From a virus, in the IMG/VR virus record IMGVR_UViG_3300009130_000002: DNA of 64,000 nucleotides; one strand, 5' to 3'. The position numbers and the translations under genes were made by a program. Below the pieces are notes generated by a model. The model saw only the letters and a list, made by a program, of their open reading frames with translations, was not told where the DNA came from and did not search any database. Below are positions 18,270 to 28,289 of this stretch, piece by piece (positions within the stretch are counted from its first letter, which is position 1; each line of letters begins with the position of its first letter).

Positions 18270-18361
18270 AAATTGAGTTAGGGATGAACTAGAAGAAAAA
18301 GTTTCTAGTCCATCCCATCTCGTCCTCATTATTAAGTCTGAGGAGGACTATAACTCAATTT
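18270..18361 (-). ncRNA. candidate small structured RNA (three-way junction)
   Basis: perfect 11-bp closing stem 18270-18280/18351-18361 enclosing hairpins 18281-18316 and 18322-18348. Confidence 0.5.
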
Positions 18362-18434
18362 ATTTCCATCAAATGTTCATGATCTAAACTTGACGAAGCA
18401 TCAAGCTTTATTCGCTACCAGATACTTGAATTAA

Positions 18435-18665
18435 TTAATAATTACAAATACCTGTTACTTCCCCTTTATTCATTTGAACAAATGGAAGATAAAAGCCTCT
18501 AGTAAGATTCCCTTTTACGGTTCTTACTGTTCCGGCAGAAACCTCTAATTTCGAGGTAATGGATTCAGTATCCTTGCCCTTAATAAGCATCTTAATGATC
18601 TTACAGGAGGCTGGATATTTTTTAGTAAATTCTGTACGTGTTTGTCTTAAAGTTTTATTAGACAT
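18435..18665 (-). CDS. small helix-turn-helix-like protein
   Basis: GKDTESITSKLEVSAGTVRTV resembles an HTH. Confidence 0.5.
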   Translation of the reverse strand: MSNKTLRQTRTEFTKKYPASCKIIKMLIKGKDTESITSKLEVSAGTVRTVKGNLTRGFYLPFVQMNKGEVTGICNY

Positions 18666-18676
18666 ATAAAGTTCCT

Positions 18677-19498
18677 TTAGTTAAATAATTGTATTCTCTT
18701 GTTAATTACAAGATCTAATATTGAAGATAAGATATCTTTTGAGCAAGTATCTGGTAAGCGAGTTGTAATTGAAGCCTTATTGACTTCATCTATTAGAAAT
18801 TCCATTTCTTTTGCAGTCCCTGTAATTTCTTTTTCTGTCAATTTTGTTTTGTTATAATGAGAAGTTTTATAATTGTAAAATACCTGTTTACCAATAGGAA
18901 GTTTAGCGTATTGAGGATATTCTTCCCAAATTGAGTTAAAGTTTACAATATATTCTTCTTCTCTTAGAAAAATAATAGCCTGAAGCAATCTATAATAAGA
19001 CATGATTATTTTTCTTTGATCTGTTCTATCTTTTTGCCAATTGTTTAAAACATATGTTTTGGCAGATTTCCCAATTTTACTAGTGATTCCTTTTTGAAAA
19101 AGATCAGAGATATCTTTTAAATCAGGATCTCTATAAAATGAAGAAAGATATAAAATATCATATGCAACAATAGAACCTTTTAAATATAGAGATAAAAATT
19201 TCCAAACTTCAAAGGATGTTATGCTGAATTTTTTATTTTTATTATCTTCAGGAACTAACTTAAGATCTTTATCAAATGACATTCTTACAATGTCTTTTGT
19301 TTGTTTGAATTCTGGATGTTGTAAATAATCTTTAGTATTTTCAATATGAATTCCCGCAAATTCTTCATTGGTTTTAAATGATAAACCATAAACATTAGAA
19401 CCTGTTTTGCTAAAAGACAAAGGGGGATTTTTTTTAAAGAATGTATTTTGAGTAATAAAATCTGTAAATTCTAAATTAGAAATTGTTTTTTGTGTCAT
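18677..19498 (-). CDS. predicted nucleotidyltransferase (PF10127/RlaP-like), divergent
   Basis: GSNVYGL, FEVWKFLSLYLKGS; the expected SDxD is replaced by TNEE. Confidence 0.6.
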   Translation of the reverse strand: MTQKTISNLEFTDFITQNTFFKKNPPLSFSKTGSNVYGLSFKTNEEFAGIHIENTKDYLQHPEFKQTKDIVRMSFDKDLKLVPEDNKNKKFSITSFEVWKFLSLYLKGSIVAYDILYLSSFYRDPDLKDISDLFQKGITSKIGKSAKTYVLNNWQKDRTDQRKIIMSYYRLLQAIIFLREEEYIVNFNSIWEEYPQYAKLPIGKQVFYNYKTSHYNKTKLTEKEITGTAKEMEFLIDEVNKASITTRLPDTCSKDILSSILDLVINKRIQLFN

Positions 19499-19697
19499 GA
19501 GAGTTGTTACTTTATTATGTAATTTTAAGAGAATTCATAACTTCGATTAAGTTATTTCGTTTCTCCAGAAGAGAAGAGAGTTCTTTTTGCAAGATTTCCC
19601 TCTTCTCTTCTGTGAGAAAAAAGTCGAATTCCAACCTATGGGTTATTGAAAGTATTCTGCTTGTCAATTGCCTCAAGGTTAGTTCCACTTTTATTCC

Positions 19698-20045
19698 TTA
19701 GAAAGGAACATTTTGTTGATTAAAGTTAGATGGAGATTGTGGTTGAGTTGTATTTCCAGTCACTGAATTATATTTTTCAATTACCATTTGGGTTACTTTT
19801 GTCTGAAAATCAGCATCTTTAATTACCCAAGAAGGATAGAAAACTTGTTCGGTTCCACCTTCTTCATTTTTCTTCTCACCAAATCGTCCGTCTGCACCTA
19901 CAAACAAACCATTCTTTCCATTCCAAAGTTTACCATTTAAATGAACGCTGTCATTATAGGTAATGCGACAATTTGCCTTTAATTTAGAACCTGGTTTTGG
20001 ATTCTTAAGAGGCCAAACTTGCACTTCTGTTACTTCTAAAGTCAT
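19698..20045 (-). CDS. spoVG: SpoVG family nucleic-acid-binding protein
   Basis: MTLEVTEVQV...KANCRITYND...GKNGLFV...MVIEKY matches the SpoVG pattern. Confidence 0.75.
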   Translation of the reverse strand: MTLEVTEVQVWPLKNPKPGSKLKANCRITYNDSVHLNGKLWNGKNGLFVGADGRFGEKKNEEGGTEQVFYPSWVIKDADFQTKVTQMVIEKYNSVTGNTTQPQSPSNFNQQNVPF

Positions 20046-20056
20046 TTTTATTTCCT

Positions 20057-20833
20057 TTACTTAAAATGTGCTCTGTAATCTTCTAAATAACCGAGCACTC
20101 TTATCGCATAATCTTTTGTTTCCTCTGGATAATTACGATATTCTTTAGCTAATACTTTTGCAACATAATTTGGACCTGCATTATAAGCTCTAATGGCAAG
20201 ATCAATATTTTCATCAAATTTTGTTAGCATTTTTCTAAGATAAAATGTTCCGAATTGAACATTTGTACCAATGTGATAAATATTTGTATATCTTTTTCCG
20301 ATATCCCCAGCACATTCTCTAGCTGTTCCTGGCATTAACTGCATTAAGCCTTGGGCTCCTGCATGAGATACTGCCTTAGGATTAAAAGCTGATTCCTGTG
20401 TTGTTACTGCAAGTATAAGTGGAATTTCTACATCATATTCAGCAGAAAAATCAACAACTGCAGTTGCATATCGAGTTAAATCAACAATATTCATATATTT
20501 TTTATATTTTTTATTATTTATAAAATTCTTAGTAATAAGTCTAACTTTTTTAATTTTAGCCCATCGTTTACTTTTAGAATTTATTGCAACATCTATTGAG
20601 TTTATTTTATTATTCAAGAGATTTTGTTCTTTTTCAAAACTGTCTCTATTATTTTGAAGAAGATCAGATAATTCAGTTACTTTTAAATGAATATCTTGAA
20701 TTTCTTGTTGATTATCTATTAGAGAATTTTTTTTATATTCTTCTATTTGTTTTTGTTGAGTATTGTAAACAGCATAGAACAATATAGACATAATAGTAAT
20801 TACAACTATTAGATCGATTTTGCTTTTGATCAT
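20057..20833 (-). CDS. membrane-anchored lytic transglycosylase (SLT)
   Basis: N-terminal TM helix, coiled coil, QESAFNPKAVSHAGAQGLMQLMP, AYNAGP. Confidence 0.92.
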   Translation of the reverse strand: MIKSKIDLIVVITIMSILFYAVYNTQQKQIEEYKKNSLIDNQQEIQDIHLKVTELSDLLQNNRDSFEKEQNLLNNKINSIDVAINSKSKRWAKIKKVRLITKNFINNKKYKKYMNIVDLTRYATAVVDFSAEYDVEIPLILAVTTQESAFNPKAVSHAGAQGLMQLMPGTARECAGDIGKRYTNIYHIGTNVQFGTFYLRKMLTKFDENIDLAIRAYNAGPNYVAKVLAKEYRNYPEETKDYAIRVLGYLEDYRAHFK

Positions 20834-20847
20834 GTTGTTTCTTTATT

Positions 20848-21219
20848 TTAATGAAATGTTTTCAAAGCTTCAGGATTTGCAAGTAGAAAATTCTTTCTAT
20901 GAAAAGTTAGAACTTTAAGAAAGTGATTAACTCTATTTTCCTCTTTTTCAAAATGATCTAAAGGATCTTTTGGGATATAAGCTACATTTTTAGACCAATT
21001 AACAAAATCTGTAGGATTACATTCGCTAATAGTTTTATTTAAAAATTTACTTGCACTAGTTTTATCAGGGATAGATAAAACAATATCTCCCATTCTAGTT
21101 TGAGGTTTTTTCTTAACTTTAGGTTCTTTGGCTTTTACGCTTTTGCAACTTTTAATTTTTGCATTTGCGATATCACTAAAATCTAAATCAAGTTCAGACT
21201 TATCCTTTTTGGACATCAT
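20848..21219 (-). CDS. hypothetical protein
   Basis: 123-aa ORF. Confidence 0.6.
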   Translation of the reverse strand: MMSKKDKSELDLDFSDIANAKIKSCKSVKAKEPKVKKKPQTRMGDIVLSIPDKTSASKFLNKTISECNPTDFVNWSKNVAYIPKDPLDHFEKEENRVNHFLKVLTFHRKNFLLANPEALKTFH

Positions 21220-22624
21220 TTTGTTTCTTTCTTTCTAGCTTATTAAGCATATTGAATATTTCACCTTTACACATTCTATAGTAAAACCAAATGACTTGCC
21301 ATTCTTCTTTTAGAATTTTAGTCAAGCCTTTGATTTCAATATTTCTTAGAGTTTTTCCAAGATTTGTTAGAATATCTGAATCTAATGATTCTAATGCAGA
21401 ATGCAAGGTAGTTTCAATAAGATCAAGAACTTTTTGAGTTTGAATATTTTGAGTTAATTTCTTAGGATTTAATAAATCATTTTTACGTAATTGAGTAATA
21501 TTATCAAATGGTCTTGCAAACCAAATTTGTCTTGCTTGCTTATCTGTAATGTTTAAGTACTTTTTAAGGTCTGAAATTGAAGCTTTATTCAAATTCAAGT
21601 CTTTGAACATAATTGTTGGTGCAAATTTTCTTTTCAAGCCTTTATATCTTAACCAATGTGAAGAATCTGTTTGGTCAAGATACTTAGAATACATTAATGA
21701 ACCAAATTTCTTTATAGAAGAATAAGGCTGATTTCCTTTTTTGAATTCTTTTATCCAAGCATCTTCATTAAGATTGATTAATTTATGTATTGGATTCTTA
21801 TTTCTAGTTTTTCTTGCTTGCTCTTGATAAGTTTGACAGTAATCCTGATCTATCTTTTCTAAAGCCTCAATTATTGTCCCCTCAGGGCTCATGAGTTGCA
21901 TTCCTAGGAAGTTACGACCAGAAGCTAACTCAACTATCATATTCTGTAAACAAGAGCGTGTATAGGCAGATTTGAAAGTCATTTGATCTAATAACTCTTC
22001 TGCCCATTCTGCAAAATCTTCAGTAATAGTATCCCAATCTCTATTTATTATTTGAAGAACTTGCTCTATTTTTGATTTATCTGGATGATATTCTGGAATG
22101 TAGTCATAAAGAAAAGTTTTTGACTCCCCCATATAGATATATAGTGGTTTTGGAGTAGAAGGAACGTCCCAATGCTTATGCATTTGTGGGAACTTTTCCC
22201 AGTCATGATAAGGAATTGGAATACCAACATCAGCAATATCTTCTGATTTTTGTCTACGTTCTACTTCTTTATCAAATTCTTCTCTTAAGACTTTGATATA
22301 TTCTGGATCTATATCTTTATTTTTAAAATTATTTAAAACTTTCGCTTTAAAAGCTGCATCTAGGTTTTCTTCAGATCCTAAATTGAAGGGATCTGTGTCT
22401 CTTTGAAAAGGATTATCTTCTATTCTGAAGATTGCTCCTGTATTAGACATATGAAGCAACAAATCCCATAATTGTCTTTGTGCACTAGATAGTGATTGAA
22501 CGTGTTCTAAAACTGCATCTCCAATAGATGCCAAGTAATTATCTTCATCAGAGCCCCCCTCTTGAGCCGGTAGATTAAAAATTAAATCATTTTCATTCTC
22601 TTTTTCCTCTAATAAATTTTTCAC
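21200..22624 (-). CDS. large hypothetical protein with ComEA-like helix-hairpin-helix motif
   Basis: LNLNKASISDLKKYLNITDKQARQIWFARPFDNITQL. Confidence 0.6.
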   Translation of the reverse strand: MKNLLEEKENENDLIFNLPAQEGGSDEDNYLASIGDAVLEHVQSLSSAQRQLWDLLLHMSNTGAIFRIEDNPFQRDTDPFNLGSEENLDAAFKAKVLNNFKNKDIDPEYIKVLREEFDKEVERRQKSEDIADVGIPIPYHDWEKFPQMHKHWDVPSTPKPLYIYMGESKTFLYDYIPEYHPDKSKIEQVLQIINRDWDTITEDFAEWAEELLDQMTFKSAYTRSCLQNMIVELASGRNFLGMQLMSPEGTIIEALEKIDQDYCQTYQEQARKTRNKNPIHKLINLNEDAWIKEFKKGNQPYSSIKKFGSLMYSKYLDQTDSSHWLRYKGLKRKFAPTIMFKDLNLNKASISDLKKYLNITDKQARQIWFARPFDNITQLRKNDLLNPKKLTQNIQTQKVLDLIETTLHSALESLDSDILTNLGKTLRNIEIKGLTKILKEEWQVIWFYYRMCKGEIFNMLNKLERKKQNDVQKG

Positions 22625-22697
22625 TAAGTAATTTCCTTTAAGATTTGAACAGAAAGTTTGAAAATCAAAAATACCCTAAAAAACCAATAAAGAAGAA

Positions 22698-22727
22698 GAC
22701 CTTTAACAGATTGCTCTATTAAAGGTC
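22698..22727 (-). terminator. hairpin with GCAA tetraloop followed by U-rich tract
   Basis: minus strand GACCUUUAAUAGA-GCAA-UCUGUUAAAGGUC then UUCUUCUUU. Confidence 0.45.
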
Positions 22728-22935
22728 GAATTTCTCTTTACAAATAACTACAACTTCTAGTTCCCAATAGAAAGTTATTTGTTTTTTGATTCTCCCCCCC
22801 AACTGTTCTGAATTCATGTCAAATCATGGGGATACCATTTTATTTAACCTTATAATATTAAGGTTAATTATTATTTGAAAAATATTACTAGTTTTAATAT
22901 TGATATGGATAGAATAAAGAAAATATTGAATAAAT

Positions 22936-23397
22936 TTATTCAGAATTTTCTTTATCTTGTTCTGAAGTGTTAACTGATGTTTCATTGACAAACCCTTGAA
23001 ATAATTGCTGCATGTCAGTGAAACGATTAATTACATTTTGCAAATCAGATAATTGATCAGTAATTTTAGTTACTTGTTCTATATCCTCTATTGGAGGAAT
23101 ATCTGATTTTTGAGTCTCTGGCAAGGTAATAGCTGTTTGTAATATTCTACTTAAGCCTTGACTTGCCATGCTAGAAAGTACCGTATTTAAATCAATTGGA
23201 AAAATTTCAGTTAAAGATTCCAACAATTGAACTACTGTATTAGGCACTTTAAGTTTAATTTGATATTCAGTATATTGAATAGGTTTAGCTTCAAATGCTT
23301 CAGAAGCTAACTGAATACCTATTTCTCTTAACTTTTCTTGATCAAATAAGCTTAATAACTTATTAAAATCATAATTTTTTTCTGTTTCATTCGTCAT
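22936..23397 (-). CDS. hypothetical protein
   Basis: 153-aa ORF. Confidence 0.65.
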   Translation of the reverse strand: MTNETEKNYDFNKLLSLFDQEKLREIGIQLASEAFEAKPIQYTEYQIKLKVPNTVVQLLESLTEIFPIDLNTVLSSMASQGLSRILQTAITLPETQKSDIPPIEDIEQVTKITDQLSDLQNVINRFTDMQQLFQGFVNETSVNTSEQDKENSE

Positions 23398-23731
23398 TGT
23401 TTGCTGTATCTGGAAGTATTAATTTTAATGGGATAGGTATTCCACTCCAATCATATCGATCTTGGGCTTGACCCCTAAGAACTAAATAAGGAGTATTATC
23501 TACATCCCAAGCATTACATTCTCCATTAATTTTATTAAAATTGCAATGATAATTTACAGATAAATTCCAACCATGATCTTTAATTAGAGAAGAAAATAGC
23601 TGACAGTTTTTAACTGCATCTCCATATTCTTCTGATGTAAAAACATGTGTTTCAGATGCCTTACATTCACATGGAATCCATGTATGTTGAAACATATCTA
23701 ACTGAAAAAAGTTATTCGCTGATATCTTCAA
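23387..23731 (-). CDS. hypothetical protein
   Basis: 114-aa ORF. Confidence 0.6.
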   Translation of the reverse strand: MKISANNFFQLDMFQHTWIPCECKASETHVFTSEEYGDAVKNCQLFSSLIKDHGWNLSVNYHCNFNKINGECNAWDVDNTPYLVLRGQAQDRYDWSGIPIPLKLILPDTANNDE

Positions 23732-24815
23732 AGATCTGCTCCATTCTGCTTTGGTAATTGTCGAATAATCCGATCATCTTACCTGCAGCCTGTTCGACCT
23801 TTGTTCTTTGAAATAATGGAAGAGTTTGTGCCATATCCAAAATTGCACTTGCAACTTGTGCTTGCTTTAAATCTTCTTCATGTTCCCACTCTTCATGAAG
23901 AATTTGTGCCATTCTATTTGGAAATTCAAGAATGGTTTGCATATAAGTTAAAGCATATTTTGGATCAATTTTAGTATTAAAGGCTTCTTCTAGTTGTATA
24001 ATTCCAACTTGTGCAATTTCTGAACATGTTACTAACATTTGTAGAATACGCTCAGAATCAATATTGCCTCTATGTACAATTTTCATATCTACATTTTGTT
24101 TTGTAAGAGATGATCTATTTACAAATAATACATCATTTCTATAAACAACAGGTTCGATCCAGATAGAAGAACAACCTACTTCGCTATTTGAAATGATCAT
24201 ACCGGCAGAATAAGTTACTTCCGTATTTTCACCTTCATTATGAATAATTTGGGTATTATTAAAGCGAATATGGAGTCTAGTAATGTGATCATCATATTCA
24301 TATAAAGAATATGAGACATTATCATCTTGATCAAGTTCATTCATTAAAATCGGAAATAATTGATCATCATCAAATACAGAATAGCTTGCAGATAAGATAG
24401 CTCTTACAGGAGTATTGTAAGAGGTTTGTTCTTCTCCTTCTTCTGCTTCTTCAATTGGAGATGAAGGATTTAATCTAAATAGATAATTAGGTTCATTATT
24501 TCTTTTTTGACCAGCAATTTCATTTGCGGTAGCTTCATTACAAAAATTAAAGTTATCAACCATTAGTTGATGAGCTTCCCAGCCTTCTAGTCTACGCCAA
24601 TAATGGCTTGAAAGCTTAACTCTTGTTAAGAGCTGAGAAAAGGCATGAGTACTAAATTCTGCAGTACCTAAAGCATAATTGAAAAGAACTCTTGAATCGT
24701 CATCATTTGTTGAACATACAAGTTCATTAAATGGAACGATCACATCTAAAAAATTTTCAGATCTAGTATTAATAGCATTACGAAGTTCATCTGAATCAGG
24801 ATTCATTAATTGCAT
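23712..24815 (-). CDS. DUF932-like protein
   Basis: HAFSQL, VRAILSASY, GMIISNSEVGCSSIWIEPVVYR. Confidence 0.65.
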   Translation of the reverse strand: MQLMNPDSDELRNAINTRSENFLDVIVPFNELVCSTNDDDSRVLFNYALGTAEFSTHAFSQLLTRVKLSSHYWRRLEGWEAHQLMVDNFNFCNEATANEIAGQKRNNEPNYLFRLNPSSPIEEAEEGEEQTSYNTPVRAILSASYSVFDDDQLFPILMNELDQDDNVSYSLYEYDDHITRLHIRFNNTQIIHNEGENTEVTYSAGMIISNSEVGCSSIWIEPVVYRNDVLFVNRSSLTKQNVDMKIVHRGNIDSERILQMLVTCSEIAQVGIIQLEEAFNTKIDPKYALTYMQTILEFPNRMAQILHEEWEHEEDLKQAQVASAILDMAQTLPLFQRTKVEQAAGKMIGLFDNYQSRMEQIFEDISE

Positions 24816-25350
24816 TATTGTCTTCCTTTAATTGGCAATGTAACATGAGGAAATTATTTCCATTTCCTGCATTTTTTCTAACAATGTTAAAATCAAATTT
24901 ATTTGGATTAGATTTTATTTCTTTAACTAACATTTCCTGGCTTTCATATGTTGAAAACCAGTTATGCTCAATAAGATATTGAGCAGTTTCAATTGGGCAT
25001 GGAATATAATAAACTTTAGCAATGTAATCTTTACCATCTTTATTTACAAATTGGAAATCTTTTAAATTTCCTTGTGTTTTAAAGATTAAAACTCGCCATT
25101 GTTTATAAGTTTTTGTTGCTTTTGGAATTGAACGACCATTAATATCTTTTGATTTTAATGGAAGGCCTTGAGGTCTCAAATCCTGAGAAGAATTTTCTTT
25201 ATATTGTTTTGAAATAATTTGATAAATTAAAAGTTCTTTATTTTCTTCAGTTTCTTGGATATCCGAAGAAGCCATATCTTTTAATGTATGAAATGGTAAA
25301 GATTCTAAATGTAAAAATTTTTCAATATCTTCAGGTGATTCAAGAATCAT
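24796..25350 (-). CDS. hypothetical protein
   Basis: 184-aa ORF. Confidence 0.6.
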   Translation of the reverse strand: MILESPEDIEKFLHLESLPFHTLKDMASSDIQETEENKELLIYQIISKQYKENSSQDLRPQGLPLKSKDINGRSIPKATKTYKQWRVLIFKTQGNLKDFQFVNKDGKDYIAKVYYIPCPIETAQYLIEHNWFSTYESQEMLVKEIKSNPNKFDFNIVRKNAGNGNNFLMLHCQLKEDNNAINES

Positions 25351-25378
25351 TTCATTTTCTTTTCGGTAAGTGAGTAAT

Positions 25379-25729
25379 TTACTCGGGTTTGGGTTTGTCT
25401 TTATCTGCCTGTAAGACCTTTGTTTTTTTGGTTAATCCAAAAACTAATAATTTTTCTTCTAGAATTTTATTAAAAATATCTTCATGTTGCTTAGCAAGTT
25501 GATAACCTTGCTGAGTGGTAGTATAAATTTTTTCAAAATTATCCTGCATTAGAACAATAGTCTCATTAGTTTTTTGTACAGCTTCGCCTAATTTCATCAG
25601 ATTGTTTTCTAATTCTGCAATTTTTATTTTTAAAAATAAAATCTCTTCTGAATCAGATGAAGATTTTGTTGTTTTTTTCTTAGGAAAAAATCTTTGAAAA
25701 AATTGAGAAATTAATAATTTGAACTTCAT
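25379..25729 (-). CDS. hypothetical coiled-coil protein
   Basis: 116-aa ORF. Confidence 0.6.
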   Translation of the reverse strand: MKFKLLISQFFQRFFPKKKTTKSSSDSEEILFLKIKIAELENNLMKLGEAVQKTNETIVLMQDNFEKIYTTTQQGYQLAKQHEDIFNKILEEKLLVFGLTKKTKVLQADKDKPKPE

Positions 25730-25751
25730 ATGAATATACTAACTTGAGGTT

Positions 25752-26309
25752 TTAAAAAGGCAAGTCGTCTTCTATTTCATATTGTCTATAATAAGTATTT
25801 AAAGATAAATGCCAATTATGAGTGTTATCAATTGATTCTAAGAAGGAATTTACTTTTGAAGTTTTAACAGAATAAGTATCTGTAGAATATGAAAATATCT
25901 TTGTAATCCCATCAAATAGATTTATTTTTTCTAGAATATAATCTACTTGATTCCTAATTTTTTGTTTTTCATATTTATCTGGAGGATTCCAATTGGATAT
26001 ATATGGATGCAATCTATCTATTTCTAGATTGGTTAAGGCTTTTTTTAGAAAATACTTATATTTATATTGTATTTTTATAGGCCATCTTTGATAAATATCA
26101 CGATAAGGTGTAGTTACTATATAGGGAATATTATATTGGAAAGCTATACTTGCAGCTTCAAGTTCAGGTCCAGGAAGTAAACTAGTATAAACAACTTTAG
26201 TGTTTTTGATATCTTCTATTAGGGAATTAATATCCCAATCAACTTTAGGTTTATTGAGTCTTGGAATAATTGGATCTGCAATAACTAAAATTTGATTGTA
26301 TTTAATCAC
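25752..26309 (-). CDS. SLOG-family (YspA/DUF1273-like) protein
   Basis: PGPELEAASIAFQYNIPYIVTTPY..I..RWP. Confidence 0.55.
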   Translation of the reverse strand: MIKYNQILVIADPIIPRLNKPKVDWDINSLIEDIKNTKVVYTSLLPGPELEAASIAFQYNIPYIVTTPYRDIYQRWPIKIQYKYKYFLKKALTNLEIDRLHPYISNWNPPDKYEKQKIRNQVDYILEKINLFDGITKIFSYSTDTYSVKTSKVNSFLESIDNTHNWHLSLNTYYRQYEIEDDLPF

Positions 26310-26470
26310 TTACATTTCCTTGTAATCGTTTTTTATATTAAATTCCTTGAGTTCAAATTCTTTATAATCATCGAAATTAACATAACGATATTTGGGGGGT
26401 TTAGAAAAAATACGAAGAAGAGAACACAGAACGATAAAGAAGGTGAGAATCATAGCAATCAGAATAAATG

Positions 26471-26764
26471 TCATTTTTCTTTTTTCCGTTCAAAATAAAC
26501 TTTAAGAGTGTCATTTGTTTGATCAAGCAAATATACTACAAAAGTAGCAAATATAGCTCCGAATAAAAATGAAAACATATTTTCAGTAACTATTAGCATA
26601 TAGAGAATCAATAAAGAAGCCCATATGGTAGCAAAGAAAACAGTTAAATATTTACTACGTCTATGATGTTTTCTTGTATAAAAAAATAACTCTTGCACTT
26701 CATTAAAAGTGTAAGTTCTTTCTTTAATTTCATTTAGTCTTTGTTTGTCCATTTGATTTTTCAC
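26471..26764 (-). CDS. small membrane protein
   Basis: two hydrophobic helices. Confidence 0.65.
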   Translation of the reverse strand: MKNQMDKQRLNEIKERTYTFNEVQELFFYTRKHHRRSKYLTVFFATIWASLLILYMLIVTENMFSFLFGAIFATFVVYLLDQTNDTLKVYFERKKEK

Positions 26765-27005
26765 AATTTTTACTTGGGGTACCCGTTGTTGTTACATATT
26801 CAGTTTCATTATACATAATAAAACATCTGCAACCAGGGGGCATTTGGGCAGGAAAATAATAATCACCTTCCCTATAGAGGATCATAAGACCTTCGTCTTG
26901 CTTACAACCGAGAGTAAGGGGGGATTTTATTTCTTTTTGGATGGGGAGGCAACCAGAAAAGAGAATGCTAATTGTTAAAAGGACTCCAATTTGGAAGTTC
27001 AACAT
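26730..27005 (-). CDS. putative lipoprotein
   Basis: signal peptide with lipobox-like LFSGC. Confidence 0.55.
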   Translation of the reverse strand: MLNFQIGVLLTISILFSGCLPIQKEIKSPLTLGCKQDEGLMILYREGDYYFPAQMPPGCRCFIMYNETEYVTTTGTPSKNCEKSNGQTKTK

Positions 27006-27288
27006 CTTTAGGTTCTTCTTTCTGATTGTTAAGTATTAATATTGCTTTCTTATGACAAGAAATTAAATATTGTTTAATTTTATTAAGAGTTTCTTGTGTA
27101 AAAAGAAATTCTTTAACTAAGAGATCTTTCGAAAAATGTTTCTTTTTTGCTATAGCGTTTAGGTTTCTTTCGTCAATAGCTGACTTAGGAGTAAACCAAT
27201 AAACTTTATCAGTATCATAAACTATATAATAAGAATGTTTCTTTTTAGGCATTTTCAAATTTATTTTTAATAAGAGAAAGCTGAACAA
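26968..27288 (-). CDS. hypothetical protein
   Basis: 106-aa ORF; probable start MPKKK. Confidence 0.55.
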   Translation of the reverse strand: MFSFLLLKINLKMPKKKHSYYIVYDTDKVYWFTPKSAIDERNLNAIAKKKHFSKDLLVKEFLFTQETLNKIKQYLISCHKKAILILNNQKEEPKDVELPNWSPFNN

Positions 27289-27487
27289 TTGCTTTGTCTA
27301 TAAGATGTATTCTTTTTTTATTGAAATGAGTAATATCGTTTAAATTTTCAATGACTTCCATTAAATCTGAGAGGGTCATATCTGCTTTAAGTTTAGGATC
27401 ACAATCTGTACAAGTTAATTGATGTATAGTGATCCATTGTTGTTCGCAATAAGGACAACTAATCATATCAATGACCTCTTTGTTCAT
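27245..27487 (-). CDS. small CxxC protein
   Basis: CPYC and CTDC pairs. Confidence 0.55.
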   Translation of the reverse strand: MNKEVIDMISCPYCEQQWITIHQLTCTDCDPKLKADMTLSDLMEVIENLNDITHFNKKRIHLIDKAIVQLSLIKNKFENA

Positions 27488-27843
27488 GTATGTTGATTTA
27501 AGTCTTTAGGATCTTTTAAATATTTAAAACACCAATATGGATCTTCATATACAGGAATTCCAAGTTTTTCAGCTTCTGCAATTTCACCTTTTGTTCCTTC
27601 AGATGTTTCCCATCCAGGAACCAAGAGAACTACATCACATCTCCTCATAAGTTCAAGAGTTCCATCAATAAAGTGTTGTTCTGTATTTAATCCTTCAAAG
27701 TGAGCGCTATTTAGATGAGGGCATACAGCTGCATGACCTGCTTTCCATACTTGCATAGCAACTTCTTTTGCACAGTCAATATGATATTGAATTTGATAAG
27801 GGTGAGTATCCCTATATTTTCCAGCTACATAAACTACTTTCAT
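27484..27843 (-). CDS. DUF4406/DUF1937-like (NDT-fold) protein
   Basis: start moved to MKVVYVAG; CPH, CDVVLLVPGWETSEGTKGEIAEA..LGIPV. Confidence 0.75.
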   Translation of the reverse strand: MKVVYVAGKYRDTHPYQIQYHIDCAKEVAMQVWKAGHAAVCPHLNSAHFEGLNTEQHFIDGTLELMRRCDVVLLVPGWETSEGTKGEIAEAEKLGIPVYEDPYWCFKYLKDPKDLNQHT

Positions 27844-27844
27844 A

Positions 27845-28234
27845 TTAAGCTTTAATTCCACTTGTGATATCTTTTGATAATTCAACAATTTCTTTATATA
27901 GATTTGCAAGTTCAGTATCTAAAGCTTTTCTTGCATTTGTTACTGAATCTACATGAGCAGTTACCATCATATTTTCTAATTCTTTTTTAAAAGAATTTCC
28001 TTGAGCGATTTTAGATAAAAGTTGTTCATCTATATCTACATCCTTGATGATTCCATGATTATCAACATGTACGGTAACTAATCCTGCTCCAGCAGTACCT
28101 GTATAAGTAGAACTAGCTAATTTAACTTGGATATCTGTTACAATTTTTAAAAATCTTGCTCTATAAGGTTCTGGAATCTTAGATATTTCAGTATTAAAAA
28201 GATTAGATGTTAATGCTTCAAAGTTCATAGTCAT
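27845..28234 (-). CDS. ybaB: YbaB/EbfC nucleoid-associated protein
   Basis: YTGTAGAGLVTVHVDNHGIIKDVDID...ELENMMVTA. Confidence 0.75.
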   Translation of the reverse strand: MTMNFEALTSNLFNTEISKIPEPYRARFLKIVTDIQVKLASSTYTGTAGAGLVTVHVDNHGIIKDVDIDEQLLSKIAQGNSFKKELENMMVTAHVDSVTNARKALDTELANLYKEIVELSKDITSGIKA

Positions 28235-28289
28235 AATTACACCTCAATGTAATTTATTATTAGAGTAAATAAAAAGTCAATAGTTATAT

